A DNA stretch of 64,000 bases, taken from positions 32,001 through 96,000 of IMG/VR virus record IMGVR_UViG_3300025096_000004; one strand, written 5' to 3'. The notes below the pieces were generated by a model. It made no database searches and was not told the origin of the DNA. It worked only from the letters and a program-made list of their open reading frames with translations. This DNA is from a virus. Below are positions 56,501 to 64,000 of this stretch, one piece after another. The number at the start of each line of letters is the position of its first letter. The first letter of the stretch is position 1. The position numbers and the translations under genes were made by a program.

Positions 56501-58893
56501 TTGGGGTTTCTCTTTTATCTCTGGGAAATGATAGATACACTATCTTGGCCAAATTCGGTGACAACTCTTTGGACTATACCTCTGAGGTTCATTTGTGTAG
56601 AAAATCAACAGGTGATATGGGTCTTAGAATTGTCATTGGTGGTTCAGCCTCTATTGGTGTTTGGGAGTCTACAGTTGATAATCTTGAATCTTTGGGCACC
56701 AATTGGAATCATGTTGTTATTGAGTTCACTGCAACGACTCAGGTTCCTCGGGTCTTTTTAGAGGGACAAGAAGTGGAACTGACTCAAACTCAAACACTTG
56801 ACGGTTATAATTCTGCTTATCAATCTGAAGGTCATTTATGTATGTCGGAAACAACAACTACATATAAAGTTGATATGACAAACACAACCACACTAGGCCC
56901 CACCACTTTGAGTAAATATGTTGGCTATTTGGGTGACTGTTTTATGGTATTGCATAAATCACAATCCACAGGGTTTTCAGATCGCCTCTTGAAAAGGTTT
57001 TATAATAGAGGTCACTTGTGTGACCCAACCACCTTGACCGACAGGGAGGTGTTATTTTGGTTCGGGATGGGAAGAGGCCCCTCTGATAAGCTTTTGTCGC
57101 AGGGCCCGTATGGAACCAATGTATCTGTTTATGACTCCTCTCTTCTTGAGATGGAAGATGGTATTAAAATATTCAATTTAGTTCAAAAAACAGCACCTCA
57201 TATTGATATTATTTTGGACCAACAGGGCACCGGCGGCCCTAGTGACTACAATCAAACAACTACTGAAAACTCTTTTAAAAGCCGCGACGGCATTGGCTCT
57301 GGTCCACTTCTTGTTGACAACAGCGGTTATCATTGGGAATATGCGTTTGATAAAAATCCAAGTCTTACTGGCTCTAATTCGGATTCTGTGTTTGTAAATC
57401 GATTTTCTTCTCCCGGCGGTCCGGAAGTAATGAGTCGTGGGTTTTTAGACGCCGCCGCCGGTGAATATTCTGTTTATAATGCGCTGCCTTGGAGAAATTT
57501 GAGTGTTCGAGGTTTTAAGCCAAAATCCGGCCCGGTCAATTATGGTGTAATATTTCCAATAATGGAAGATTCTGGGCCCTTTAATGGAACCAACTCTTCT
57601 CAATCTGGCATACATGTTGTTGATCATCACAATGAATTTGATGGATTGGTGGCCAGATTGGCAAGACACTCTGGAATATATGGCACTGATCCGAAAAAAG
57701 TTAGACATATTGATATAACAAACGAGAATGAGAATGCATCGTTTTTAGAAGAGCGGTTTAATATGCCATCATGGCACAAACAGCAAAGAAACATAAGTCG
57801 AGTTCCCACAACAGCCTCAACAATTTCCTCTCCGGAATTTAGAGAAATATTTGATAATGCTTATTTAAACACTCCAATTCCAAGATCCGATTTCCAATAT
57901 TCTTGGATCACAGACTCTTTGGGTCAAGACTACAATATCCACAGTGGAAAGCAACGGGTATATGGTTATACCCCTCGAAATGGAGAAGCAATTGTCAGAA
58001 CTCCCACTACCGTCAACGGAAGTTCTCATTTGCTTCAATTGTCATCAACTAACATTGGGTATAGGGTAAATCCACTTGCGGATTTAACTAAATTTTATAA
58101 TCAACAGTGGACTTTCGCCGCATGGATTCGCCCCGATTTCAGTGGCCTCTCCACTTTCCGCAATTTTCTATACAAAGTTAATATGCAGAATCCACAAGGC
58201 GCTACTATGCAGACATCGATTTATATCTCTGGCAATGTGGCAAAGTACCTGTATGTAAGAGTGCCAAGTGTTGACGGCACTTGGACTGATTGGTATATTC
58301 CTTTCGATAGTTATTATGACCAAAGGTGGCTTCATGTAGCAGTCTCTTTTGATGGTAGCGAAGAAAAAATATCTAATCCTATTTATATTTATATAAATGG
58401 TATCAAAGTGAATACCACTCAATCGGGAACTTGGGAAAACCCCTCTGTTACAACTTGGAACTTTCCTAAAGTTAATTTGTATTGCATGAATATAACTGGC
58501 AATGGGTATAACTTCGTCGGCGCCGTTGATGAGACTGTGGTTTATAATAGGGCCCTAAACAACAATGAAATAGAAAAAATCTATAATCTTGGAAAGGCTT
58601 ATGACTATAAGGACAAATCGGCGGTTTATGGTGTATCCGCGTGGTGGAGATTCGGAGATTCAAATGATTTTCAAGGAGACTCTCACAATGTGCAGGACTC
58701 TGCCGCCGATGGAAGTCAAGTTAGAGATCGATCTGGCAGTGAACTTCACCTTAAAGTAGCTAATACGGGTGTAGATATATTTCAAATAGAACAAACAAAT
58801 GTGATTGGAACCTTTGATCACAAAATAGTGGGAAAGAAGTCGCTTGTAGAAGCAATCATTTTCCCAAGCGCATCAGAGATAATAGGAGTTTAA
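50539..58893 (+). CDS. 2784-aa baseplate/tail protein with multiple LamG/ConA-like domains
   Basis: TIEFWL/WTHIAVSF/DEFRYW; FTISMWL/WSHISIVF/IDDLAVW; FSMWF/WNHVVI; FAAWIRP/WLHVAVSFDG/VDETVVYNRAL; KSKGTHEG wedge-like motif. Confidence 0.75.
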   Translation: MSIEDLFRKKTVVFDSYASASVDAESSEFISSSIAENQTFLPVIDFGTASNFVKYGSAELYYENAIKRIYQRYPYDGSLSEKNEYHLSSSALDRWIYNYKYPKTTGYINLGTTGQCTDNDDQGYYQSAPTSTTPNSCTSGVNEYIRVNGGIHTASVGMEGTPLADVYDDAVIYHTASNRTTSLRMNFQSGSTIEFWLKKDSFAHARSEVIFDAWNGVLSSSSGYGRLKLYMDTYGYTNLGNNSPLFVTVCSSSTPIDNTSAGRIAVKNIGKNIGSSVAPYPIDWTHIAVSFLSESNGMRVKTYVNGEENDDQLLGSIGFNEVTGAITANIGALRATPPSDSATANHGANDHDIMNGYGKLSASLDEFRYWKVKRTSEEIQKNYWHPIGGGQNKKHPDEQLRNLGVYFKFNEGITGTSSTDSAVLDYSGRIANGNWVGFPGSVARNTGSAFVSASVLTSEPPDPIIYSSHPEVVSLSSEMQESGSLHDRVSGSFLYETIPHWIREEDTKGNTKALFQIMSSYFDTLHSQITELTKLQEKRYFNIDNPDYEVRPTDFAKKMLDGRGLLVPELFPNTSVLEYFMQRNEDKIKFDHSINDIKNMIYQNIYNNLEYIFKSKGTHEGYRNLLRCFGIDDEILKLNMYTDKGIHYFRDNVRHTSVKKKYINFNSLDKIEATVYQTASTSGGNTFIAGTKTASSYERYSSFTYEVDLIVPFKVKPGLSGYYSIDFVTASIFGQHEAKSTASDYTWGEGPVDDAAFQVYLIREESNSENAYFMLTSSVLGVELKTPTYYKIYDNERWNLAVRIKPEHFPFDGGVTSQIAPSYVVEFYGINYALDNVRNEFDLSTTISNALGSALQHANKRVYMGAYRTNFTGSVLQKTDLQIGSLRVWMDYLDNSVIKQHALDPFNYGASKNAFSNSTMFTYNLSGSHIPKYDSLVLFWQLDTLTGSDSSGFLAIDDFSSGSSDSVYGWVDNIIREKHPAKGQYFPASSTSPISNEFIFASRKQLPEVSVSYDRIFVKEDEEKYFIEDDDLSDNFYSLEKSFYANVSEEMLDTFSTVAELSNLMGKYQDRYKRNYTKMDHLRKLFFERVDGDLDFDQFTSYFKWIDSSISTIVRQLVPISARISPDVSNMIEDHMLERNKYDNKFPLLEREVQDPKFGSIKAINELNYNWKFGHAPIETVIPETATCLFIDNHNQVNSVEYLKTEYSSLDGGNSTLTTFAPTDFTISMWLNPSSLMSSKAIIFALHRSNTFISPIQIGIGSNNKLFFTTIYSGDMITWEADALQWGNQLPLDQWSHISIVFNGSATNGAQSDSTVTFYTNGSPYSGTINRTTSGGSFPTGSPDSYEDTSGWLLGVGMAGGAFEFIGKIDDLAVWKTLLSSSEVSAAYNSATPVDLKTVQASNILAWWRMGDSHHDTDPPQLTVYNEIDSNFPLEQIGEAGAIEFQTGVTNVYSTTVLASSDPTFDNRHCLWWDERALRDHDVTTSNSTNDEQRETIRKLSTFEVSSSSPIFSKTDNTIYSGSAYAIRRFSKPYKLTAIEQPVIHAGTNYDRRKNRDIIHNAVHIHGPYASTGVPSNIVLVGALGGDGLTKEIDCVDIEEPTLDSSGTSIIARKKKRNSAAIMGREYEDEKHTLDRILPGDMVLPFNIYSSSTDGMDGTYKAIRFTYAKNIIFTNLHSDTYGNQNDIGLQGPFSDTWVGGHQHRHVPLNHPDANYISYTPSNNPQKPNPTTPPNNLADLHTRPEAWYIYHQSAGNLEDPLGNGPDTDGIIGVVGPDYGFGYPSPFMKYAYKYRDERAKRPFNIRNIKTIRPQFDSTGSYLLNTDGIHRQSHPYFHSSSGQSHKMTGSARLGNFYSNYEVVQTTGRSTNNLYLRKAFGSADVDGQESPFLPEAMKSANSEIYSGNTLLTNATHYSSLYGRRPSVLHTQANHFLRTPSAAEGIGHLGTKQYCVDFTQTPDSGLSIRRLFTNLHQINGTGILSEFCFSMWFGVSLLSLGNDRYTILAKFGDNSLDYTSEVHLCRKSTGDMGLRIVIGGSASIGVWESTVDNLESLGTNWNHVVIEFTATTQVPRVFLEGQEVELTQTQTLDGYNSAYQSEGHLCMSETTTTYKVDMTNTTTLGPTTLSKYVGYLGDCFMVLHKSQSTGFSDRLLKRFYNRGHLCDPTTLTDREVLFWFGMGRGPSDKLLSQGPYGTNVSVYDSSLLEMEDGIKIFNLVQKTAPHIDIILDQQGTGGPSDYNQTTTENSFKSRDGIGSGPLLVDNSGYHWEYAFDKNPSLTGSNSDSVFVNRFSSPGGPEVMSRGFLDAAAGEYSVYNALPWRNLSVRGFKPKSGPVNYGVIFPIMEDSGPFNGTNSSQSGIHVVDHHNEFDGLVARLARHSGIYGTDPKKVRHIDITNENENASFLEERFNMPSWHKQQRNISRVPTTASTISSPEFREIFDNAYLNTPIPRSDFQYSWITDSLGQDYNIHSGKQRVYGYTPRNGEAIVRTPTTVNGSSHLLQLSSTNIGYRVNPLADLTKFYNQQWTFAAWIRPDFSGLSTFRNFLYKVNMQNPQGATMQTSIYISGNVAKYLYVRVPSVDGTWTDWYIPFDSYYDQRWLHVAVSFDGSEEKISNPIYIYINGIKVNTTQSGTWENPSVTTWNFPKVNLYCMNITGNGYNFVGAVDETVVYNRALNNNEIEKIYNLGKAYDYKDKSAVYGVSAWWRFGDSNDFQGDSHNVQDSAADGSQVRDRSGSELHLKVANTGVDIFQIEQTNVIGTFDHKIVGKKSLVEAIIFPSASEIIGV

Positions 58894-58894
58894 G

Positions 58895-61800
58895 ATGGGA
58901 CAACCAGTAGATTTTATTGGACTAAACACGTTTATATATGAAGCGTGTGGCTATAATTCAAACAAACAAGTAACAACCGAAGGGCCGCAAAGGGAAGCCC
59001 GTCCCTTGTCTGATGGGTCGACGATTATTCATATGGAGGTGTTACAAAACCATATTGGTATCCAACCCAACCAATCAGACCTTTTCAACTATGCTGAACA
59101 AGAAATACTTAATATGATATGGTACCAGTTCTCTATACAAAATTTTCCGTTCCCACTGGAACTTCCTGATCCGACTACTGGATTGGTAGCAACCACATTA
59201 CAGGAGAAGTTGAATGCTACAGCCTCCTATTTTCCTGCTCTCATGATGCGTCGAAACGGCCCTTACGGCTGGCCTACGTGGAAACAAATTCGTTCTAGTC
59301 ACAACCCTTTGATCCGAAAACAAAGAAAAAATTCAATTTTTACATATGTCGAAGAGCCGGGAAAAGAGATACAATATTTTGGCCCAAACGGGACTCTAAC
59401 CTTGCCTCAAGCTTTTTCTGATATAAAGGTTTATGAGGAATCTGTTGTTGCTTCTAAGTTCAAACCAGTTACTATTTTGGGTTCTTTAGAATCCGAGTTT
59501 ATGCTTACAAATGCAATCAAAATATATGCCACTCTTGGAAATGAGATGATATATTTTGATAATTATCAACCAAATAGGTATTTTGGGGTATCTAGTGAAG
59601 TAAGTAAGTATTACAAAAATATTAAACAGTTATATTTGAATGGAAGACTTCAGTCCCCTGAGTCGGATTTACAATCTTTTGCTTCTTTAGAATATCGTGA
59701 AACAATATATCCTGCCATTACAAATATTTATAAAAATTATACAAGGTTTAGGCCAACATTTGATTTCCCTTGGCGCGATGATATTCGGGCTTCCATGTAC
59801 CCGGGAACTAGCCAGACTGCCGATGAATATTATAGTGCTCAAACTAGTCCAAAGATTGACAATGGTTTTGGGTTTAATGTATATTATCAAAATCGATGGC
59901 TTAAGCATACAGCATGGAATTCTGACTCTTTCAGCCCAGAAACAGACTCCAAATATTTAGTTAGCGGATCGTTCGCTGGCGCAAAATCGTTTGATGACTA
60001 TCAGAGAGTATCAGATACTAGAAAATCTTTAGACTCTTCAAGTATATTTTTTCCTCCTGTCGGCGGAGCCCGAGCATTTGGGGAATCTCTTTCAGATCCC
60101 TATTCAAGAAGACAAGCAGAGTTGACCAATTCTGCTGGCGGAGACGGCCAATTGATGAACACATATTCTCTTTTTTCTGATTGGAGGCAGGTCTCCAATA
60201 GTTCTGGTTATGCAGATTCAATTGACAATTTCTTAACAGCCTCAGCTTTCTATTCTCGATTACATGTTATACCGTCACCATATTCTATGGCCCATCCACA
60301 TGGTATGCCAATACCAGAAACGGGCTCTTATGTAGAAAATGATATCTTTTTGCCAATTGAGCAAAATTTTGGTGGATCAACCAAATGGCAAACTAACACA
60401 ACTAGAAAAGTGCTAACACCATTTTTTGGCGGCGAAGCCTTCGAGAAAAGAAACCCATTTGCCGATTCTTATTCTGATTTTTCCGAATATACAAGACTTG
60501 TTGGGAAGGATTATTCTTTGGTTCCTGAATTTAGAATCAGTAATCATGTGGAAAATTATTTAATCTCGAACGAAATTGATGGCGAAGACAACGGTATTTT
60601 CGAAATTAGCGGAGGCCTTGAGTCAACTTCTAGTTCTGACGTTACAGAATTTTATAAAATATATTCAAATTCTGATTTTATGAAGCATTTTGAGTTGGTT
60701 CGGACTGATCATTCTGGATTTATAGATCCGACTGCGATCGCGCTAAAATGTAAGATAGTTAAGAAATTTGTTCCTTATGAGGGCTTTTATCCATCACAAC
60801 GCTGCATGCAGATGGCAAAACAGTTTTATAAATCTTATGGAGATTATTTTGAAAATTTAGAATCATTTGTTTTGGAGGCAGAAGACCCAACTCAATTGAC
60901 GGGTGAATACGCCCAAGCCCAAATAAGATTATTGGGAGATTTCTTGTATCCTTATTATGAACTGACACCCGGAAAAACAACAGCTTATGGTGACAGTTAT
61001 GCAAACAACAATTATCAAGATCGAGGAAATCGCGCCCCGATAGCGAATTTGTCAACAGAGGCTTCATCTGATGGGCGATCCGTATTGGGTCCAATGGTCT
61101 GCGAATGTGGTTCACGGAACTGGACCAACGGCTCTGGTTATCATTATGATAACTCATGGAGCACGAACTTATCATATGCTTTTTATTCCCACACTGACCA
61201 GAACCCCAACAGTCCTGAACACAAATCATATAGAGACAATCATGGTTTTATATTGCAAGATGTAAATCGACTTTGTGTCTATGTACAGCTTATCGATGGT
61301 AAAATTTGGGACTTATTTACCGCAAGTGATTTTTTTCAAGATCCTTCCCTGCCTCCGGGCCAAATAAGAAACTATATGTTCCCCTTAGCTGATTATGGCG
61401 CATCCGGCAATCTCCATCGCCAACCCCTTTTGATTAAAGACACTGATCTCATTTTCGCCAATCCCAGTTGGAATTCGGACTGGAATCAATACACACTTGC
61501 TGCCACCACTGGTAACGATCATCTCCCACCAACCATGATTCCAGTTATTTGGGTTCGAGGAGATGACGACCAGACTCAAAACGATCATGTTCGTGTGGCT
61601 AAACATACTGCTCGAAACATTCGAGACGCTATCCAAGCTCTGCATAATAATTCACTTGCTAAGGATGTGGTTAATAAAGATGTGGGCCCCACTTCTAATT
61701 TACTTCATTGGTTTAATAGAGCAACAGATATTAATGGTATTGGTCTAACTTGGGAACGCCAATGGGGCTATTCGATATTTGTCCCCGGACAATCACCAAC

Positions 61801-64000
61801 TGTTGACACTACATTTCCTACAAGCACCGGTACCGGCCCTGCAAGCTGGGGAGTTAGTGCAGCGATAATAAACAGCATACCTTCCTCCAATCTTAGTCCA
61901 GAGTGGGATGATCATGTAATAAAATTTCAAGACAACAGCATCGCTGTGCGAGATGAAGATCAAAGAATGATTATGAACTTTTGTTATGGAATTTCTACAT
62001 CTACTTCACAAATGGGCGCCGAATTCGAATTATCCGAAGCTCCGACCACTCCAAATCACACAGGGATGTGGACGCTATATAATTCTTCTATGATAAACAC
62101 CAATCATGTGATTCAAAATTCGTATGGAGAAGATAGTTCCAAATATACAAGAACTCAGCCTTTTCTCACTCCGTTATTCGCCCCCGGCGTATTATTTAAC
62201 ACAATTAAAGCCGGCGTTGCGTGTGATTATCCCCTCATGACAGATAATCTTAATCGTGTATTGGCAACGGTTAGTTCTTCTCAAGAGGGTACAGCATCTT
62301 TTTGGATGATTGGATCAAGAACTGCCGCAACATCTTCTTTTATTGGTCCCACAGATTATAATTATTTTGAGAATTATAAAGATAATCCTTCCACCTATAC
62401 CACCAACACAGCCCTCCTTGGCGGCGATAACCTCGACGCTGCCGGAAATGTCATTGGCTATTTGTCAAGTTCTCATTTTAGGACAGCCAATGGGGAGCTT
62501 GGTCGTGTCGCTGACGAAGAATCTCACAATTCTTACGGTGTATTGGCAACCGCTCGTAATCTTAATTCAAATCAATTCCGAGGTTTTAACTTGAGGGTTC
62601 CATTTGAAGCTCTTTTAGAACCAGAGGGATATTTGGCACACCGAGCCATGGTTAACCAAGAGCCAGATAACTTTTTATATTTTAATAAATATTTAAGGAT
62701 AAGCTACAAGGCCTTTTGGGATGGCCAAGGAGATAAGTTATACAAAAAGATGGCTCACAATTTTTTGGCCGAAGTTCCTGAATTCTTTTTGAAAAATGGT
62801 GAATTCAAGTCGTTCAAATCATTGAAACAAGGAGATCCTAATTTTGGAATGGTTGAGGGTATAAATGCCGAAGAACATGGCATCGATGAAACCACAGATG
62901 ATAGAGACATAATTCCAAAAACATACAGTATGCGTCTTAAAATGTATCGAAGCACATTCGGCCCCAAAGGAAAATTTTGGAATAATGGTGTTGTCATTTA
63001 CCCACCTCAAGATTGGCCCGGTGAAAACCCCGAGATCTCCCAGATCCCAACGTTTTCAATGTATTCTCGCCCTTCCGCCTTTGGGCCACCCACATGGGAT
63101 GGGTACACTAACATGTCCGGCAACGGCGATGTTCCCGGAAATGACAATAGAATGGGATATAACTTTCCTTTTACACCCCCATATTATCACGGCGATGCTT
63201 GGGCGGATATCACATTTAAGCCGAATCGAATCGGAAAACACACATTGGATGAAATTATAGCCTCTTCATCTGTTGAATATTATCGCTATTGGCATCCCCG
63301 AGCAAACTTGGCAATGAAAAAGATGGAAGGAAATGCCAATACGGGCGCGTTCCCATTTTATTGGACAAACTGGACAGGCTCTTTGGCTAATCAAACATCC
63401 TCTCTTGGATTCATTGAATCTCAAACTATGCCGAACGGTGAAGCATATAGTGTTCAAGTTGATGGAAATTGGTATGGCCCCCAACATCCTTTGTTTGTCA
63501 ATGATAATGCAATGCAATTGGATGCTTCTTTGAATATTTTTAGCAAAGAAGAAAATTTAGTGTTGCCTGAAGAAATTTTAGATGATGGAACCATCGATGC
63601 GACGGGCATCCTCTCAACTATTGATCAAAATGAATCAAAGTGGGCTATCCAGACAAAATTCGAAACCCCCATGTTAAATTTTATGCATGTATCAGCCTCG
63701 GGCCAGCAACAGATTATTGAGATTGATGTTGCTGACTATTTCAATAACAAAGACAACATTGACACTGATGGTGGAACTGCTCCTGTTACATTTACTTATG
63801 GCCCTCAGTCGTTTGGTCCATACACATACAATCAAAGTATTGCCTATCAGGACAATAGGATTGTTATATATGACGGTATTACTCCTTATCATATATGGTT
63901 TGCAAACACCACCACCGAAAATATATGTCGAACTTTTTTGCCGAATACTCCTTTTGAGATTACAATTTGCGAATCAACCGACTTTGAAGATGCTGATCCG
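58895..64000 (+). CDS. Giant structural protein, >=1702 aa, truncated by the window end (absent from the ORF track)
   Basis: ATG 2 nt after the previous stop (MGQPVDFIG...). The frame was open at every point checked (e.g. DYSLVPEFRISNH ~60510, LYKKMAHNFLAEVPEFF ~62740) and in the last line; not every codon was read. Confidence 0.8.
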   Translation, partial: MGQPVDFIGLNTFIYEACGYNSNKQVTTEGPQREARPLSDGSTIIHMEVLQNHIGIQPNQSDLFNYAEQEILNMIWYQFSIQNFPFPLELPDPTTGLVATTLQEKLNATASYFPALMMRRNGPYGWPTWKQIRSSHNPLIRKQRKNSIFTYVEEPGKEIQYFGPNGTLTLPQAFSDIKVYEESVVASKFKPVTILGSLESEFMLTNAIKIYATLGNEMIYFDNYQPNRYFGVSSEVSKYYKNIKQLYLNGRLQSPESDLQSFASLEYRETIYPAITNIYKNYTRFRPTFDFPWRDDIRASMYPGTSQTADEYYSAQTSPKIDNGFGFNVYYQNRWLKHTAWNSDSFSPETDSKYLVSGSFAGAKSFDDYQRVSDTRKSLDSSSIFFPPVGGARAFGESLSDPYSRRQAELTNSAGGDGQLMNTYSLFSDWRQVSNSSGYADSIDNFLTASAFYSRLHVIPSPYSMAHPHGMPIPETGSYVENDIFLPIEQNFGGSTKWQTNTTRKVLTPFFGGEAFEKRNPFADSYSDFSEYTRLVGKDYSLVPEFRISNHVENYLISNEIDGEDNGIFEISGGLESTSSSDVTEFYKIYSNSDFMKHFELVRTDHSGFIDPTAIALKCKIVKKFVPYEGFYPSQRCMQMAKQFYKSYGDYFENLESFVLEAEDPTQLTGEYAQAQIRLLGDFLYPYYELTPGKTTAYGDSYANNNYQDRGNRAPIANLSTEASSDGRSVLGPMVCECGSRNWTNGSGYHYDNSWSTNLSYAFYSHTDQNPNSPEHKSYRDNHGFILQDVNRLCVYVQLIDGKIWDLFTASDFFQDPSLPPGQIRNYMFPLADYGASGNLHRQPLLIKDTDLIFANPSWNSDWNQYTLAATTGNDHLPPTMIPVIWVRGDDDQTQNDHVRVAKHTARNIRDAIQALHNNSLAKDVVNKDVGPTSNLLHWFNRATDINGIGLTWERQWGYSIFVPGQSPTVDTTFPTSTGTGPASWGVSAAIINSIPSSNLSPEWDDHVIKFQDNSIAVRDEDQRMIMNFCYGISTSTSQMGAEFELSEAPTTPNHTGMWTLYNSSMINTNHVIQNSYGEDSSKYTRTQPFLTPLFAPGVLFNTIKAGVACDYPLMTDNLNRVLATVSSSQEGTASFWMIGSRTAATSSFIGPTDYNYFENYKDNPSTYTTNTALLGGDNLDAAGNVIGYLSSSHFRTANGELGRVADEESHNSYGVLATARNLNSNQFRGFNLRVPFEALLEPEGYLAHRAMVNQEPDNFLYFNKYLRISYKAFWDGQGDKLYKKMAHNFLAEVPEFFLKNGEFKSFKSLKQGDPNFGMVEGINAEEHGIDETTDDRDIIPKTYSMRLKMYRSTFGPKGKFWNNGVVIYPPQDWPGENPEISQIPTFSMYSRPSAFGPPTWDGYTNMSGNGDVPGNDNRMGYNFPFTPPYYHGDAWADITFKPNRIGKHTLDEIIASSSVEYYRYWHPRANLAMKKMEGNANTGAFPFYWTNWTGSLANQTSSLGFIESQTMPNGEAYSVQVDGNWYGPQHPLFVNDNAMQLDASLNIFSKEENLVLPEEILDDGTIDATGILSTIDQNESKWAIQTKFETPMLNFMHVSASGQQQIIEIDVADYFNNKDNIDTDGGTAPVTFTYGPQSFGPYTYNQSIAYQDNRIVIYDGITPYHIWFANTTTENICRTFLPNTPFEITICESTDFEDADP

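Larger units (their letters stand above)
1..64000. mobile_element. Segment of a large (jumbo-type) myovirus-like bacteriophage genome
   Basis: gp25-like and gp6/baseplate-J-like genes, gp5-like spike, phage sigma factor and PhoH. Giant structural ORFs, co-directional dense genes, sigma70 promoters and SD sites. No cellular housekeeping synteny. Confidence 0.9.

Noticed and set aside
1-64000. Eukaryotic giant virus origin suggested by PMM, GSII, kinase and Gmd
   Set aside because: sigma70 promoters, SD sites, translational coupling, peptidoglycan enzymes and baseplate genes indicate a bacteriophage
1-64000. Stop-codon reassignment (code 15 or 4)
   Set aside because: Genes end cleanly in TAG (8581, 34642, 36025), TGA (569) and TAA, each followed by the next start; very long ORFs are intact in code 11
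1-64000. tRNA/rRNA genes, introns, inteins, homing endonucleases
   Set aside because: Intergenic gaps are mostly under 100 nt and no cloverleaf, intein or HNH/GIY-YIG/LAGLIDADG motifs were seen by eye; a tRNAscan-SE/Infernal run would confirm

Overview
The window looks like a segment of a large, jumbo-type myovirus-like bacteriophage genome, not cellular DNA or a eukaryotic giant virus. It is densely coding and almost entirely on the + strand, uses the standard code (TAA, TAG and TGA all end genes), and has bacterial Shine-Dalgarno sites and five near-consensus sigma70 promoters. There are four functional blocks. (1) ~0.5-20.3 kb holds putative internal-head/ejection proteins. Many share short N- or C-terminal peptide tags ending in [LI]-x-E. 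They include two HAD phosphatases (one fused to a NUDIX domain), a split protein kinase, a zinc peptidase, a PcfJ-like protein and a 1510-aa acidic protein with an FtsK-gamma-like winged helix. Interspersed are a vWA lipoprotein, a VOC protein, a Fis-like HTH protein, a eukaryote-type phosphomannomutase and a cytidylyltransferase-like protein. (2) 20.3-25.1 kb holds PIN-PhoH, a second zincin, a PD-(D/E)XK nuclease and a type II glutamine synthetase. (3) 25.2-31.6 kb is a glycosylation cluster: three glycosyltransferases plus Gmd, a Per-like aminotransferase and a formyltransferase, which together suggest GDP-N-formylperosamine. (4) 32.4-64 kb holds a phage sigma factor and a contractile-tail baseplate module. 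The module comprises three tandem paralogs with a shared N-terminal domain and different peptidoglycan-directed C-termini (SLT, M15 peptidase, OmpA-like), a gp5-like spike, a 2502-aa orphan, gp25- and gp6-like wedges, a 2784-aa multi-LamG protein and a >=1702-aa ORF running off the right edge. A recurrent ACTA(T/A/G)TTA motif precedes many putative virion genes. I saw no tRNA, rRNA or CRISPR array. All family assignments come from motif recognition by eye; no database searches were run.
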